A stretch of DNA of 60,599 bases. Source: a virus. Lineage: Duplodnaviria > Caudoviricetes. Where the stretch lies: positions 1 through 60,599 of IMG/VR virus record IMGVR_UViG_3300048856_000135; one strand, 5' to 3'. The number at the start of each line of letters is the position of its first letter. Position 1 is the stretch's first letter. Positions 47,748 to 57,647 of this stretch are shown one piece after another. The notes beneath the pieces were generated by a model. It did no database searches. It saw nothing but the letters and a program-made list of their open reading frames with translations, and was not told where the DNA came from. The translations under genes and the position numbers were made by a program.

Positions 47748-48144
47748 TATTAAAGTCGCCCGGCCTATTCAACATTTAGGATATATCAAGCTGAAATATC
47801 CTGAAATATTTAACGAAGCAGACCAAGTAGTAAAGCAAAAACATTTGAAGGACTGGAGTTTAGTCAAACCAATTTATGAGCTGATGTACGAAACAACTGA
47901 GAACCCTGCAGAACAACGACACTTTTTTTTAGCCGTGTTAGTTGAACTGTTTTACCCGACTAGACGAACATGTGGAGTAAAGTTCAAGCCAGGCCTAAGA
48001 GATGTGATTTCAGAAGCTATGGGATACAAAAACCCAGAAATGGTGAACTATGTAGGCGAGCCGATTGAAGCGCACATGAAAAACCCCAGATTCTGCAACA
48101 GAGTAAAAGAGACTGCGGAATACTTTCTAAACGAGTACCAATAA
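47740..48144 (+). CDS. Hypothetical protein
   Basis: FFLAVLVELFYP...GLRDVISEAMG; start reassigned. Confidence 0.6.
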   Translation: MHNIKVARPIQHLGYIKLKYPEIFNEADQVVKQKHLKDWSLVKPIYELMYETTENPAEQRHFFLAVLVELFYPTRRTCGVKFKPGLRDVISEAMGYKNPEMVNYVGEPIEAHMKNPRFCNRVKETAEYFLNEYQ

Positions 48145-48217
48145 AAAAGGAGCCTAAGCTCCTGTTTTCCCTGCTTATTCTTAAGCGGGTTTTTGTTTTT
48201 AGGCAGATTCTGCCTTA

Positions 48218-48460
48218 CTATCTTTTAATTGCCTTGATCGCGGCAGCATTCTTTGCTCTTTTTGCGTCTTGGACTGCTTTAAATTGCTCCTTGGATAATA
48301 GTTCACTTTCTTCAAACTCGTCATATCCGAAGATTTCATTAATCAAAAATCTACACTTGTACTTTCCCCCGGTAATTTTCTTAACAACAAACAAGTCAAT
48401 CTCATTGAAGCCTGGGTATACATGTTTAACAATGTCTCCAGGATTAATTAATTCATTCAT
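48218..48460 (-). CDS. YodC/DUF2158-like small protein
   Basis: PGDIVK...YKCRF...EFEESEL. Confidence 0.55.
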   Translation of the reverse strand: MNELINPGDIVKHVYPGFNEIDLFVVKKITGGKYKCRFLINEIFGYDEFEESELLSKEQFKAVQDAKRAKNAAAIKAIKR

Positions 48461-48592
48461 ACAATTTGCTTTTTAGGTTTACAAGATATAAAAAATTCGT
48501 GCTGATGTACTAACCTACCATAGTAAATGCAACTGCTTTTCAGCGCCTTATCAACGGGGTATCTTTATGTTATCAACAAAAAGGCAGAAAAT

Positions 48593-48808
48593 ATGGCATT
48601 CACAAAAGGCAAAAGCGGTAATCCTTCAGGCAAGCCGCCCGGAACAAAAAACCGCAACAAACAACCCCTACACAATCGTATTGAATCCTTACTCCTTAAA
48701 AATTTCGATCAGATCGAGAAGGACTTTGAGGTAGTAGCGCCTGAAGTAAGGCTGGAAATGATCGCAAACCTTGCCGGATTAGTTAACCTAAACAAACAGA
48801 CAGTATAA
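48593..48808 (+). CDS. Small-terminase-like protein 2 (DUF5681-like)
   Basis: MAFTKGKSGNPSGKPPGTKN; paralogous to 44905; start reassigned. Confidence 0.7.
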   Translation: MAFTKGKSGNPSGKPPGTKNRNKQPLHNRIESLLLKNFDQIEKDFEVVAPEVRLEMIANLAGLVNLNKQTV

Positions 48809-49026
48809 TGGAACACAGAGAAAGAATGGCTGCGCAGCGTGCATACGTTGAGACCACACTAGCAGGCTACAAGCAACGTCAAAGACAAGAGATTATCTCA
48901 CAAATCCCCTATATGAGGTTAGATGAAAATGAGCTTGCTGAGTACGTCGCTACAAAAAAGCAGGAGTTCGACAATGAGGCCCCCGAAGAAGAAGTAAATG
49001 AAGTACTTAAAAACTTCATGATCTAA
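48808..49026 (+). CDS. Hypothetical protein
   Basis: TAATG coupling to previous gene. Confidence 0.6.
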   Translation: MEHRERMAAQRAYVETTLAGYKQRQRQEIISQIPYMRLDENELAEYVATKKQEFDNEAPEEEVNEVLKNFMI

Positions 49027-49044
49027 CCTTAACACCTACACACA

Positions 49045-49767
49045 ATGGAATCTACAACTACTGAACAAAGGATCTTAATACACCAGGATGATGCTCTATT
49101 GAATGACATACTGAGGGATTTAAATGTTTATATCACTCCGCTCAACAATTTGAAAGATGCTTATGAGGCGCTTCAATTAGGGGACTTCTCTGATAAAGTA
49201 CTCAAACAGCTTACGACGAAAGGCATCGATGAAATTGTAACAACTTATCGAAAAAGCTTAAACGATAACCTGGATAGTACCGGAGTCGTAAACACCATCC
49301 TCAGAACAATAGCTTTGCAAGGTTCAGAAGAACCAGTATCGAACCTTCATCGCGCATTAAAGGAGGCGCTTAATGCAAAGCCTGAGCCTAAGGGAGGTAT
49401 TAGTTCAAGCGCGCGGACTCAACTGCTTTTACTCCCGGATATATCCTTCAAGAACGGTCAATTCGGAGTATTCGATCAGGAGTCAATCTTGGAACGACAC
49501 TGCCGAATTTATGTCGAGGATAAAAAGTCCAGAGAAATCTATTTCAATCTCTTGAAGGTCCAAGAATCACTACAGGACTATGTAAAATGGGTGAATGACT
49601 TAGGATTACCTAGAGGAATATTCGGCGGTTCTTTTACCGACAATCTTAAAGAGTTTTTCAGCTACAACCCTGAAACTTTCGAAATAGCGATTAGACCTAC
49701 ATCTATTAAGTGGGCAGTCAATCTCAAGGGAGAAAGAGAAAGAATGCAGGCCCGATTTAACCGATAA
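49045..49767 (+). CDS. Hypothetical protein, 240 aa
   Basis: Long ORF in operon. Confidence 0.7.
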   Translation: MESTTTEQRILIHQDDALLNDILRDLNVYITPLNNLKDAYEALQLGDFSDKVLKQLTTKGIDEIVTTYRKSLNDNLDSTGVVNTILRTIALQGSEEPVSNLHRALKEALNAKPEPKGGISSSARTQLLLLPDISFKNGQFGVFDQESILERHCRIYVEDKKSREIYFNLLKVQESLQDYVKWVNDLGLPRGIFGGSFTDNLKEFFSYNPETFEIAIRPTSIKWAVNLKGERERMQARFNR

Positions 49768-49778
49768 AGGAAACTATC

Positions 49779-49934
49779 ATGGAAGAAAACATTGAAGGCC
49801 AAAAAGCCACAGAACAAAAAGTAAATGAAATACTTGATGTGATCGGCGGTTTTCCAAAACCTAGTTCAAAGCCGGTTGAACCAACTGAAGAAAGCAAGGT
49901 GATTGATGATATATGTAGAAACCTCGGAATTTAA
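49779..49934 (+). CDS. Small hypothetical protein, 51 aa, absent from track
   Basis: MEENIEGQK...; TAATG coupling to next gene. Confidence 0.5.
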   Translation: MEENIEGQKATEQKVNEILDVIGGFPKPSSKPVEPTEESKVIDDICRNLGI

Positions 49935-50278
49935 TGAAAGGCGCAATTCCAATTAGCATAAACGACAAAAGCGTTCCTAAGGTTATCCGCAGGAAAGCAA
50001 AGCTTATAGCAGAACTATGGGCCAAAGGTAAGTTTGATAAGCTGCGGGCACTTAGAGATAGTTCAAGGAGCTTTGATATTCAAATCTACCATCATTCTCA
50101 GGGCACTGATAGCTACTATCATGATACTGAAGGCAGGTACTACACCTGGGCACAGATTGAAGCTATGGACGCTCGTAGACTGGATGCAGGTGAACATTTC
50201 TCAACAGTTGTAATTCCCTACAAAGCAGGAATTCATTTCACGAAGAGCAGTCTTGCTCCAAATCCCTCCCTAAACTAA
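49934..50278 (+). CDS. Hypothetical protein
   Basis: 114-aa coupled ORF. Confidence 0.6.
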   Translation: MKGAIPISINDKSVPKVIRRKAKLIAELWAKGKFDKLRALRDSSRSFDIQIYHHSQGTDSYYHDTEGRYYTWAQIEAMDARRLDAGEHFSTVVIPYKAGIHFTKSSLAPNPSLN

Positions 50279-50282
50279 CAGC

Positions 50283-50747
50283 ATGCTCAACATCACCGCT
50301 GATTTCAATTTAAAAGCTCTGAATAGTCACCTTGAGAACTTTATCGAGGACAAAAAAAACAACCTGGTTGAAATCTTGAAAAAAGCCGGCGAAGAAGCGG
50401 TTGATCGCTCAAGAGCTAAAGCTAAGACAGGCCCATTTACAGGTGGGGGTTTTGGAAACATCACCTGGAATCTAAGGGGATCTATTGGATATGTGATCGT
50501 AAAGGATCACCAGATCATCGACAGATACTTCCCGCCCCTTCCAGATGGAGATCAAGGGACCGCCAAAGGTATAAAGTACGCCGAAGAAATTGCACTACTG
50601 CTAGACGATGGTGATATAATGCTGATAGTCGTTGCAGGCGAAGAGTACGCGTACTTCGTGGAAGCTAAAGGCTACGATGTTATATCTGGATCGGAGGCTC
50701 ACATGGAATCAGAATTAAGAACGGCATTAACATACTCAAGAAAATAA
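50283..50747 (+). CDS. HK97-gp10-like neck/tail completion protein
   Basis: TWNLRGSIGYVI...VAGEEYAYFVEAKGYDV. Confidence 0.7.
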   Translation: MLNITADFNLKALNSHLENFIEDKKNNLVEILKKAGEEAVDRSRAKAKTGPFTGGGFGNITWNLRGSIGYVIVKDHQIIDRYFPPLPDGDQGTAKGIKYAEEIALLLDDGDIMLIVVAGEEYAYFVEAKGYDVISGSEAHMESELRTALTYSRK

Positions 50748-50751
50748 TAAA

Positions 50752-53700
50752 ATGGCTGGAGAATTAAACTATAAGGCTGGACTTGACATCAGCAACTTTA
50801 TTAAAAGCAGGGATGAGATACTAAAATCTTTCAAACAGCTAAAAGACGTAGGTGGAGTATCCCTTTTCGATAATAAACCTTTAACTGCATTCAAACAGGC
50901 TCAATTGAGGATGCAGGAATCTTTAAGGGATGCAAGGCTTGAAACCCAACGCTTAAAGAACGAGCAGTTGGAACTGAAGAAACAGCTTGAAGCTGGTAAA
51001 GTAACGGCACAAGCATATCGTACCGAAACAGCAAAACTCACAGCACAGCAAGCAGCTCTAAGAAGCGCTACAAAGTTAGCTAGAGACTCCCAGGGAGCAG
51101 TGAATGGATCGTATAAAGAGGCTCAATCACGTTTGGCAGCATTAGGAAGAGAGATCCGGAATACCACAGGAGGATTCACCAGCCAGTCACCAGCATTGAA
51201 GGCGCAAATACGCGAGTATAATGAACTTAATGACAAGCTAAAGAGCTTCGATGCCAGTATGGGTAATCATCAGCGTAACGTTGGTAATTACGGTGGTGTC
51301 TTAGGTGGTGTAGTTGGCAAACTTTCCGGGCTTGCTGCAGGGTTCTTATCTGCCCAGGCATTACTTACATCCTCATTTGATACCGCCCTAAGAACTGATG
51401 CAATCAAAACATCATTGGAATTCACATTTGATAGTGTTGATGTAGCAAAAGAGAAGATGGATGGCTTACGTGCAACATCCGAAAGATTAGGGCTTGAATA
51501 CATTGGTCTTGCTGATGCTTACAGAGCCTTTGCTGGTGCTGCAGTCGCTTCTAACTTTCCACTGACTGAAACAGACCGGATATTTAACGCGGTTGCCAAC
51601 GCCGGCGCTAAATTGAAGTTATCATCTGATCAGGTCAGTGGTGCTTTAACCGCATTGCAGCAAATGATTAGTAAAGGTAACGTGCAGGCAGAAGAATTGA
51701 GAGGGCAATTAGGTGAGCGTTTACCTGGCGCCTTTGCAATTGCAGCCCGGGCAATGGGTGTTACGCAGCAGGAACTAGGGGAATTGATGAAGGCGGGGAA
51801 GATTACTGCTGATGAACTTCTCCCAAAGCTTGCCACTGAACTTGATAAAACATTTAAGAATGATACCACCGAAAAGGTTTCAAGCCTTCAAGGGGCTGTA
51901 AATAGGCTTAAGAACGCATTTACCGAAGTTGTAGAAACCAAAGGTGCAGTGAGCGCATTCTTTGAATTTGTAGTCGATAAGGCTGGTGCAACAGTTCGGG
52001 CAATTGGAGTACTTAGTAAAGCACTTGGAATCTTCTATGACCTAGCATCTGATCCAAAAAAGCTAATTGGCGACAGCGCGAGAGATTCCAGGAACAAAAC
52101 GAATACTGCAATAACCAGTAAAGCTAATTCCAGCGCCTCAACGGTAGCTAAGGATCTTGGCAAGTCGGAGTTGGTTGACCGGATCAATGCCGAGGTTACT
52201 GCGTTGAGAAGGATTAATGCCGAATATGAAAAATCCAAAAAGGTGTATGAAAGCGTTCGCGCCAGTGACAGGAGTTTAGCAGACACAAAACGTATACAAG
52301 CTGTTGAAGCAAATCTAAAGTACCAGCAGGCATTCGTGACCGGCTTAAAGAATGAGTTTGGGACCTTGTTTCCTGCCATTCAAAAATCAACACGGGAATT
52401 GAGTTCGATTGCTGCAATCCGGGCCGAAATCACCAGGTTATCCAAAATGGATGGATCCGCGACTAAGGGCAGTGATTCCTGGAAGAAGATACAGGACCTA
52501 AAAACGCAATTAAAGGAAGCGGCGGGTACTAGCGATAATTCTAAATCAGAAGCAAGAGAACATGAAAGCATGTTAAAGCGCCAACGTGCTTTACAATCAG
52601 AAATCGAAACCTTGCACGTAAATGCCGTTAAAAAGCAGAAAACTCAAGATGAACAGGAGATTGAAGCTGTTGAGATAAAGTATGATGCTATCCGGAAAAA
52701 GATCGCTGACTTCTATAGTGATCCGCGTAATACCGGTAGACAATATAAGGTCAACGTTTCGACCGTTAACAAAGATCAGTCTATTGAGACAGAAAATATC
52801 CTTGCTGATCAGCGGCTTAAAAAAGAACAGCAGACAATTGATGCTCAAAAAGTTTTGTTTAAAGAGTACGAGCAGTATAAGCTTGAAGTCGGTGTGCAGA
52901 TGGCAGATGATAGATTCAGTAGCGATTTAAAGGGTTACAAGACATTTGTTGATTATTTGAAAGGTCTTATGCCCTCAGAGAAAGATACATCAGCATACGC
53001 GAACAGAATGCGTGATATGTTAAGCAAAACTATCCCCGCCGCGACAAACGAGCAGTCAGAACAGCAGGAAAAGCGATTCAGCCAACTTCTCGTCGACACT
53101 CAGTCCTTTGAAACTCAAAGAAACCTACTGATTGAAAGATACACGAAGCAAGCATCTGATCTAAGAGCTAAGGGTTATGATAACCAGGCTGCCATGGCAA
53201 TTGCTTATGGCAATAAGGAATTAGAGCAGTTTGATTCTAATACCATTCAGCAAATCGAAGGCTATCGTTTTCTATTCGAAGGGTTCACTAGAATGTCAAC
53301 AGAGGCTATCGATCAGTACATTCAGAAAGCTAAACAGAAAGCCGACACGGATCTGGCACTAGGTCTTATCACGCAGAAAGCCTACGATCAGGTAATTGAA
53401 GCCATCAACAACTCTAAAGGTGCTTTAAATAGCGCAATACCAACTCAACTACGTGGTTTTGCTCAAATCTTCAAAGACCTTGCCTCCTCTACTGACGGTT
53501 TATCTAAGGGATTGACAAATGTTCTCAATATCCTAGGTGATATGGTTAATGCTGCAGCTGACGTGAAGCAAGGTATTTCCGACACAAAAAGTGCTATCGC
53601 CAATTACAAGGATAACAAAGCTGATGCGGGGGGTGGTCTACTTGGTACGCTTTCAGCAGGGCTCGCTATTGCTGGACCTGCTGGAAAAGCAATAAGTGCA

Positions 53701-54840
53701 GTTGTTGGTGTAGTAAAAGGCATTACAGGATTTTTCAAAGCTGCTAAGGAAAGTGCGAAACAGGCAGCTGCTGAATTGCAGGCTTATCAAGATAATGCTT
53801 TCAAGGGAGAAATTGCCTACAACCAGCTGTTACGTGAACGTGCAAGGACAATGAAGAGTATAGGCGATTTGTCGTTGTCAGAATTGAAAACCCAACAAGC
53901 AATCCTTGCAGCACAGAAAGGTCAGTCTCAGACCGATGCCGATAGATTACTTGCAAAAATTAGACTGTCAGGTCAGCAGATAACTGGAACCCATATTGAG
54001 AAAAAAGGTGGTTTCCTCGGTATAGGCAAAAAGAGCTACACCGTTCAGGATACTGCAGGTTTAGCGGGAGCCACCTACGAGCAACTAGAAGAGCTTTATA
54101 CTAGAGGTAAATTGACTGACGCTACTAAAGCCTGGTTCGAGGAATTGAAGAAAGCAAAAGAAGAAACCGATGGTATTGTTGATGCTGCAAAAGAAGCTCA
54201 AAACGCAATCAATCAAGCTTTGACCGGAACAACAGCAAACAGTATTGCTGATGCCATTATTAACGGTTTTAAGCAGGGCAAAAGAACAGCAGCAGACTTT
54301 GCAGATGATTTCAAAACATTGATGAGTGATGCTATGTACCGCGCATTGAGTGAAGACTTTTTAAATGAAGCGATCGCCGAGTTCTACAAAAAATTTGCTG
54401 AGGCTTCAAAAGATGGGCTAACTGAAACCGAAATAAAAACGCTCCGAGATAGTTATGCCGGAATAATCCAAGAAGGAGCCAGACAAGCAGAGAACATTGA
54501 GAAGGTTATTGGACCTTCTGCGGCCTCATCAGGCACCAAGCCAACAGGCATAACAGCCGAAATTGCAGACAAGATCACTCAGCAACAAGCTAGCGAACTA
54601 GCAGGATTATACCGGGCACAATATGACGTGAGTAAGAAGACAATGGCCTACACATTGGACGGCAATAAAGTGCGCATTGATTGCTTTAATATTGCCCGTC
54701 AGCATTTAGAGGTGGCTGTACAAAATGAGCGGAATACCTTTCGGACAGCCAATAACACGGAAAGACTAGCGGCTATGGAGGCCTCCTTGAAGGCAATAGC
54801 GAACAACACTTACTCACAATCAAGTAGAGCGTTGTTATAA
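50752..54840 (+). CDS. Tape measure protein, 1362 aa
   Basis: HQRNVGNY; tape-measure domain ALQQMISKGNVQAEELRGQLGERLPGA; long coiled coils. Confidence 0.9.
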   Translation: MAGELNYKAGLDISNFIKSRDEILKSFKQLKDVGGVSLFDNKPLTAFKQAQLRMQESLRDARLETQRLKNEQLELKKQLEAGKVTAQAYRTETAKLTAQQAALRSATKLARDSQGAVNGSYKEAQSRLAALGREIRNTTGGFTSQSPALKAQIREYNELNDKLKSFDASMGNHQRNVGNYGGVLGGVVGKLSGLAAGFLSAQALLTSSFDTALRTDAIKTSLEFTFDSVDVAKEKMDGLRATSERLGLEYIGLADAYRAFAGAAVASNFPLTETDRIFNAVANAGAKLKLSSDQVSGALTALQQMISKGNVQAEELRGQLGERLPGAFAIAARAMGVTQQELGELMKAGKITADELLPKLATELDKTFKNDTTEKVSSLQGAVNRLKNAFTEVVETKGAVSAFFEFVVDKAGATVRAIGVLSKALGIFYDLASDPKKLIGDSARDSRNKTNTAITSKANSSASTVAKDLGKSELVDRINAEVTALRRINAEYEKSKKVYESVRASDRSLADTKRIQAVEANLKYQQAFVTGLKNEFGTLFPAIQKSTRELSSIAAIRAEITRLSKMDGSATKGSDSWKKIQDLKTQLKEAAGTSDNSKSEAREHESMLKRQRALQSEIETLHVNAVKKQKTQDEQEIEAVEIKYDAIRKKIADFYSDPRNTGRQYKVNVSTVNKDQSIETENILADQRLKKEQQTIDAQKVLFKEYEQYKLEVGVQMADDRFSSDLKGYKTFVDYLKGLMPSEKDTSAYANRMRDMLSKTIPAATNEQSEQQEKRFSQLLVDTQSFETQRNLLIERYTKQASDLRAKGYDNQAAMAIAYGNKELEQFDSNTIQQIEGYRFLFEGFTRMSTEAIDQYIQKAKQKADTDLALGLITQKAYDQVIEAINNSKGALNSAIPTQLRGFAQIFKDLASSTDGLSKGLTNVLNILGDMVNAAADVKQGISDTKSAIANYKDNKADAGGGLLGTLSAGLAIAGPAGKAISAVVGVVKGITGFFKAAKESAKQAAAELQAYQDNAFKGEIAYNQLLRERARTMKSIGDLSLSELKTQQAILAAQKGQSQTDADRLLAKIRLSGQQITGTHIEKKGGFLGIGKKSYTVQDTAGLAGATYEQLEELYTRGKLTDATKAWFEELKKAKEETDGIVDAAKEAQNAINQALTGTTANSIADAIINGFKQGKRTAADFADDFKTLMSDAMYRALSEDFLNEAIAEFYKKFAEASKDGLTETEIKTLRDSYAGIIQEGARQAENIEKVIGPSAASSGTKPTGITAEIADKITQQQASELAGLYRAQYDVSKKTMAYTLDGNKVRIDCFNIARQHLEVAVQNERNTFRTANNTERLAAMEASLKAIANNTYSQSSRALL

Positions 54841-54912
54841 CCTTGCAGTTATATAAAAACCAAATGTTGGCAAAAAAGCATTAAATTAAACCACACCAAG
54901 AAAGCATATTAC

Positions 54913-55188
54913 ATGAATGAACATCAAGAAATGAAAGACATCCTTGAAGGCTTAAGGAAAAATAACAACGAGCTGCAATATCAGGCAATCATAATTTCCA
55001 CAGATTTCCCAGACCTGCCCGAGGAAGTTAAATTGCTTCTTACATCTTACGCGATCGATCAAGAAGCCAACAGAGCTATAATTCGTGAGTTAGGAGCAAA
55101 TATCGTAGCTAAGGACAAGTTGATTGCAGTTCTACAAGAACTTACAAATCGTCAAGAGGAGATAATCAACGGGAATGAGGAAGATTAA
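54913..55188 (+). CDS. Hypothetical coiled-coil protein
   Basis: 91-aa ORF. Confidence 0.55.
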   Translation: MNEHQEMKDILEGLRKNNNELQYQAIIISTDFPDLPEEVKLLLTSYAIDQEANRAIIRELGANIVAKDKLIAVLQELTNRQEEIINGNEED

Positions 55189-55230
55189 AATATCCTAATT
55201 GACCAAAGCTCAAACCAAACTACCTTCAAT

Positions 55231-55542
55231 ATGGATTTCAATTTAAGCGCACTGCAGAAAGCGGTTAATCAAAAGTTTGTCGAACCAGAAAATGAACCGG
55301 TCGAGTTTCATTTGACTGATGATTCCACAATCAAGGCTAAGTTCGGCAATGTTGTATATTTCTTCACTTATCAAAAGCTGGAAGTAGTGCTATATTTCAA
55401 CGGTTTCACTCATTACTACAAGGAGGACACTCAGGAGCAACTTACCGAACTGCTGAGCAGACATATAATGAACCAAATAAATGCTGGCAGAGGGAAAAAA
55501 TTGTATCCCGAGATAAAGTCCGCACCAGGGGATTTGATTTAG
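55231..55542 (+). CDS. Hypothetical protein
   Basis: 103-aa ORF. Confidence 0.55.
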   Translation: MDFNLSALQKAVNQKFVEPENEPVEFHLTDDSTIKAKFGNVVYFFTYQKLEVVLYFNGFTHYYKEDTQEQLTELLSRHIMNQINAGRGKKLYPEIKSAPGDLI

Positions 55543-55568
55543 AAGACATTTGCTTGCATTTACGATTG

Positions 55569-55796
55569 CTATAGCTGAACGAAGCTTTCTTCAAACAATA
55601 TCTCATCCATTCTGTCCAGATGTTCTAGAAAATCGGAGCTCTTATTAGACACCACCTTGTTTTTGAAATCAACTATGCATATAACATCTGCCTTTGCATT
55701 CTTCAATGAAATTTCCAGAAGTAAAATGTCTTCGTGTGTGCTCCGGTCCTGAATTCTATAACCCAAGTCCGGAGTATAATATATTATTCTTACCAT
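55569..55796 (-). CDS. Conserved 75-aa hypothetical protein, copy 2
   Basis: Paralog of 9637-9864. Confidence 0.8.
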   Translation of the reverse strand: MVRIIYYTPDLGYRIQDRSTHEDILLLEISLKNAKADVICIVDFKNKVVSNKSSDFLEHLDRMDEILFEESFVQL

Positions 55797-56089
55797 GGCA
55801 AAGTTTACGGAGAGTTTTGCAAAAACGATGCGAAACCTTCGGGTTGAACTACGTAAAATGTGAATTATAAACCTCGGAAAAGATGGGGGCCCACTGATAT
55901 AAGCCCCCGTAAGTCCCATAATAAACTTTGGAAATGTAACGCTAGTTTTTGCCCAAAGTAAATAATCCAGCCATCCGGCTTTCTAATGACAAGATAAGAA
56001 TGATGGGGGCTTGGTTGCAAAAAAAAATAAAAAGAAAAGGGCAACCAATGCTGGCTACCCAATCCCTTACGCTCTCACGAGAAATGTAG
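55783..56089. repeat. ~307-nt mostly non-coding block, copy 2
   Basis: ~97% identical to 9851-10157. Confidence 0.95.
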
Positions 56090-56309
56090 TGGTTGAGAAG
56101 TAAGATCACGAATAGTATTGTAAAGTATGCCAACGCTTACTCATTCTCTGTCTAACGGAGTCAACAAGCGGGGGCTGACTAAATTAACGCTCTCATTATA
56201 GATTTGTACCCCCGCCCTCAAACTATACGGCAATGATAGTTACCGGCCATCCGACCTTCGTAAGTATAGTATACCATGGTAGTGATCAAGGGTGGTAATT
56301 TATTTTGAA

Positions 56310-56348
56310 ATAAATAACCCCGACTGCATAACGTAGCCGGGGTTATTT
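56310..56348. terminator. Bidirectional terminator
   Basis: AAATAACCCCG...CGGGGTTATTT. Confidence 0.7.
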
Positions 56349-56350
56349 GT

Positions 56351-56575
56351 TTACTTGCTGGTTCGTAACACCGCCATCACTTCTTCCAAAAGTTCAGGAT
56401 CATCGACATGAACATCTGCACCTGACTTCATTACATCCATCTTAATTGTTCCACCGGCTTCCAAGAATCTTTCTCCTAGTTCAGCAGGTAATCTGCCTAG
56501 TAACGCCTTGTCTGACGCTTTGTTGGCTTCTTTAACCAGTTTCTTAAAAAAATCGTTTGAGTTGAATTTTCCCAT
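56351..56575 (-). CDS. Hypothetical protein
   Basis: 74-aa ORF ending at terminator. Confidence 0.6.
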   Translation of the reverse strand: MGKFNSNDFFKKLVKEANKASDKALLGRLPAELGERFLEAGGTIKMDVMKSGADVHVDDPELLEEVMAVLRTSK

Positions 56576-56681
56576 ATAAGTATAATTTTTAGATTTCTAC
56601 TAATGTACGTAAAATGTTACAATAGGATCCTTCACAATCACGCAAGTTCTCCACATCAAAAGTAAGGTTTTCACCATATTA

Positions 56682-56694
56682 CTAATATTTTTAG
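56682..56694. promoter_or_regulatory. CTAA-N5-TTAG palindrome, putative SOS box
   Basis: TACTAAtatttTTAGTA; core ends 27 nt before ATG 56721. Confidence 0.7.
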
Positions 56695-56720
56695 TAAATT
56701 TACGCCATTAATCTACCCTA

Positions 56721-57053
56721 ATGCAAAACGATCTAAAGGATAAGAACAGTGAAGCGTATAAGAACAAGCTGAAAGTAGCTATGAAAGCCTTTGAAGCAGG
56801 CTGTATCATCTATTCTCATGAATCTAAGCAATGGTACACGCCCAGGGAATTCATGGACTGTGACGAGCGTGTGGTGTTTAAAGCAATGGGAATGGAAAAG
56901 CATACTAACTTTACGCTCCTTTGTCCTGAGCATGCCATCAAGAAGAAACTGGAAGATTTACACAGGGCCGAGCAGGAGTTTGATGCTTTTGTGCGAAAGA
57001 TGCTGACTGCATTTAAGTTTAACCCAGTTAGGTTGGATGGAAAAAAGAACTAA
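56721..57053 (+). CDS. Conserved 110-aa hypothetical protein, copy 2
   Basis: Paralog of 10288-10620. Confidence 0.85.
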   Translation: MQNDLKDKNSEAYKNKLKVAMKAFEAGCIIYSHESKQWYTPREFMDCDERVVFKAMGMEKHTNFTLLCPEHAIKKKLEDLHRAEQEFDAFVRKMLTAFKFNPVRLDGKKN

Positions 57054-57108
57054 GGTGTGCTAAAAATATTTGGGATGGATTCTAAATGAAAAAAGCCCCG
57101 TTTGGGGC

Positions 57109-57393
57109 TTATTTATTCTTTTTAGCAATCTGGTCCTTGTGATGTTCAAGTATGTGGAGCACGACTTTCTCCGCCTCTTTACATTCAGGCGGTATCTCAA
57201 TGCCTAATCCGTGACAAACTCTACAAACCGTGATTGGCTTAATAACTTTGGATTTATCTGTGTAAGTAATAGTAACTTTTAAGGAGTCACCAATCTTACC
57301 TCTTCTCTTAAACTGCAACACCTCGCAATTATAATCTCTTGCAATGTCGCAGTCATTGTCAAGAACATACTCTATAAATCCACCTAGTGTCAT
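57109..57393 (-). CDS. HicA-like toxin (divergent)
   Basis: ATGA-coupled to HicB-like gene; ...IKPITVCRVCHGLGI ending; canonical GSH motif absent. Confidence 0.5.
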   Translation of the reverse strand: MTLGGFIEYVLDNDCDIARDYNCEVLQFKRRGKIGDSLKVTITYTDKSKVIKPITVCRVCHGLGIEIPPECKEAEKVVLHILEHHKDQIAKKNK

Positions 57394-57647
57394 GCCTCAG
57401 CTAATTTCAGAGAATAGGTTTTTTCAACTACTACTCCATCGTTAATAAAGTTAATTTCAGATTTTGCATCTTCTTTATTAAAACTAACCATGTAGTTTAA
57501 GGCTTTAAAGAGATTGTTTTCAACTTCTTCCTGAGTATCCCCTTCTGCAACCGCGCCGGGGAATTCTGCAAAGAAACCGGTGTAACCATTGTCATTCGGA
57601 TCCTGCACGTAGTAGGCCGTAAGTGGCAATTCGTTTGGGCTTTTCAT
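57390..57647 (-). CDS. hicB: HicB-family antitoxin
   Basis: GYTGFFAEFPGAVAEGDTQEEVENNL. Confidence 0.85.
   Translation of the reverse strand: MKSPNELPLTAYYVQDPNDNGYTGFFAEFPGAVAEGDTQEEVENNLFKALNYMVSFNKEDAKSEINFINDGVVVEKTYSLKLAEA

Noticed and set aside
55942-56133. Hydrophobic 63-aa minus-strand ORF as a type I toxin
   Set aside because: Runs through a terminator hairpin and U-tract, and copy 1 has indels and lacks the start, so the frame is not conserved
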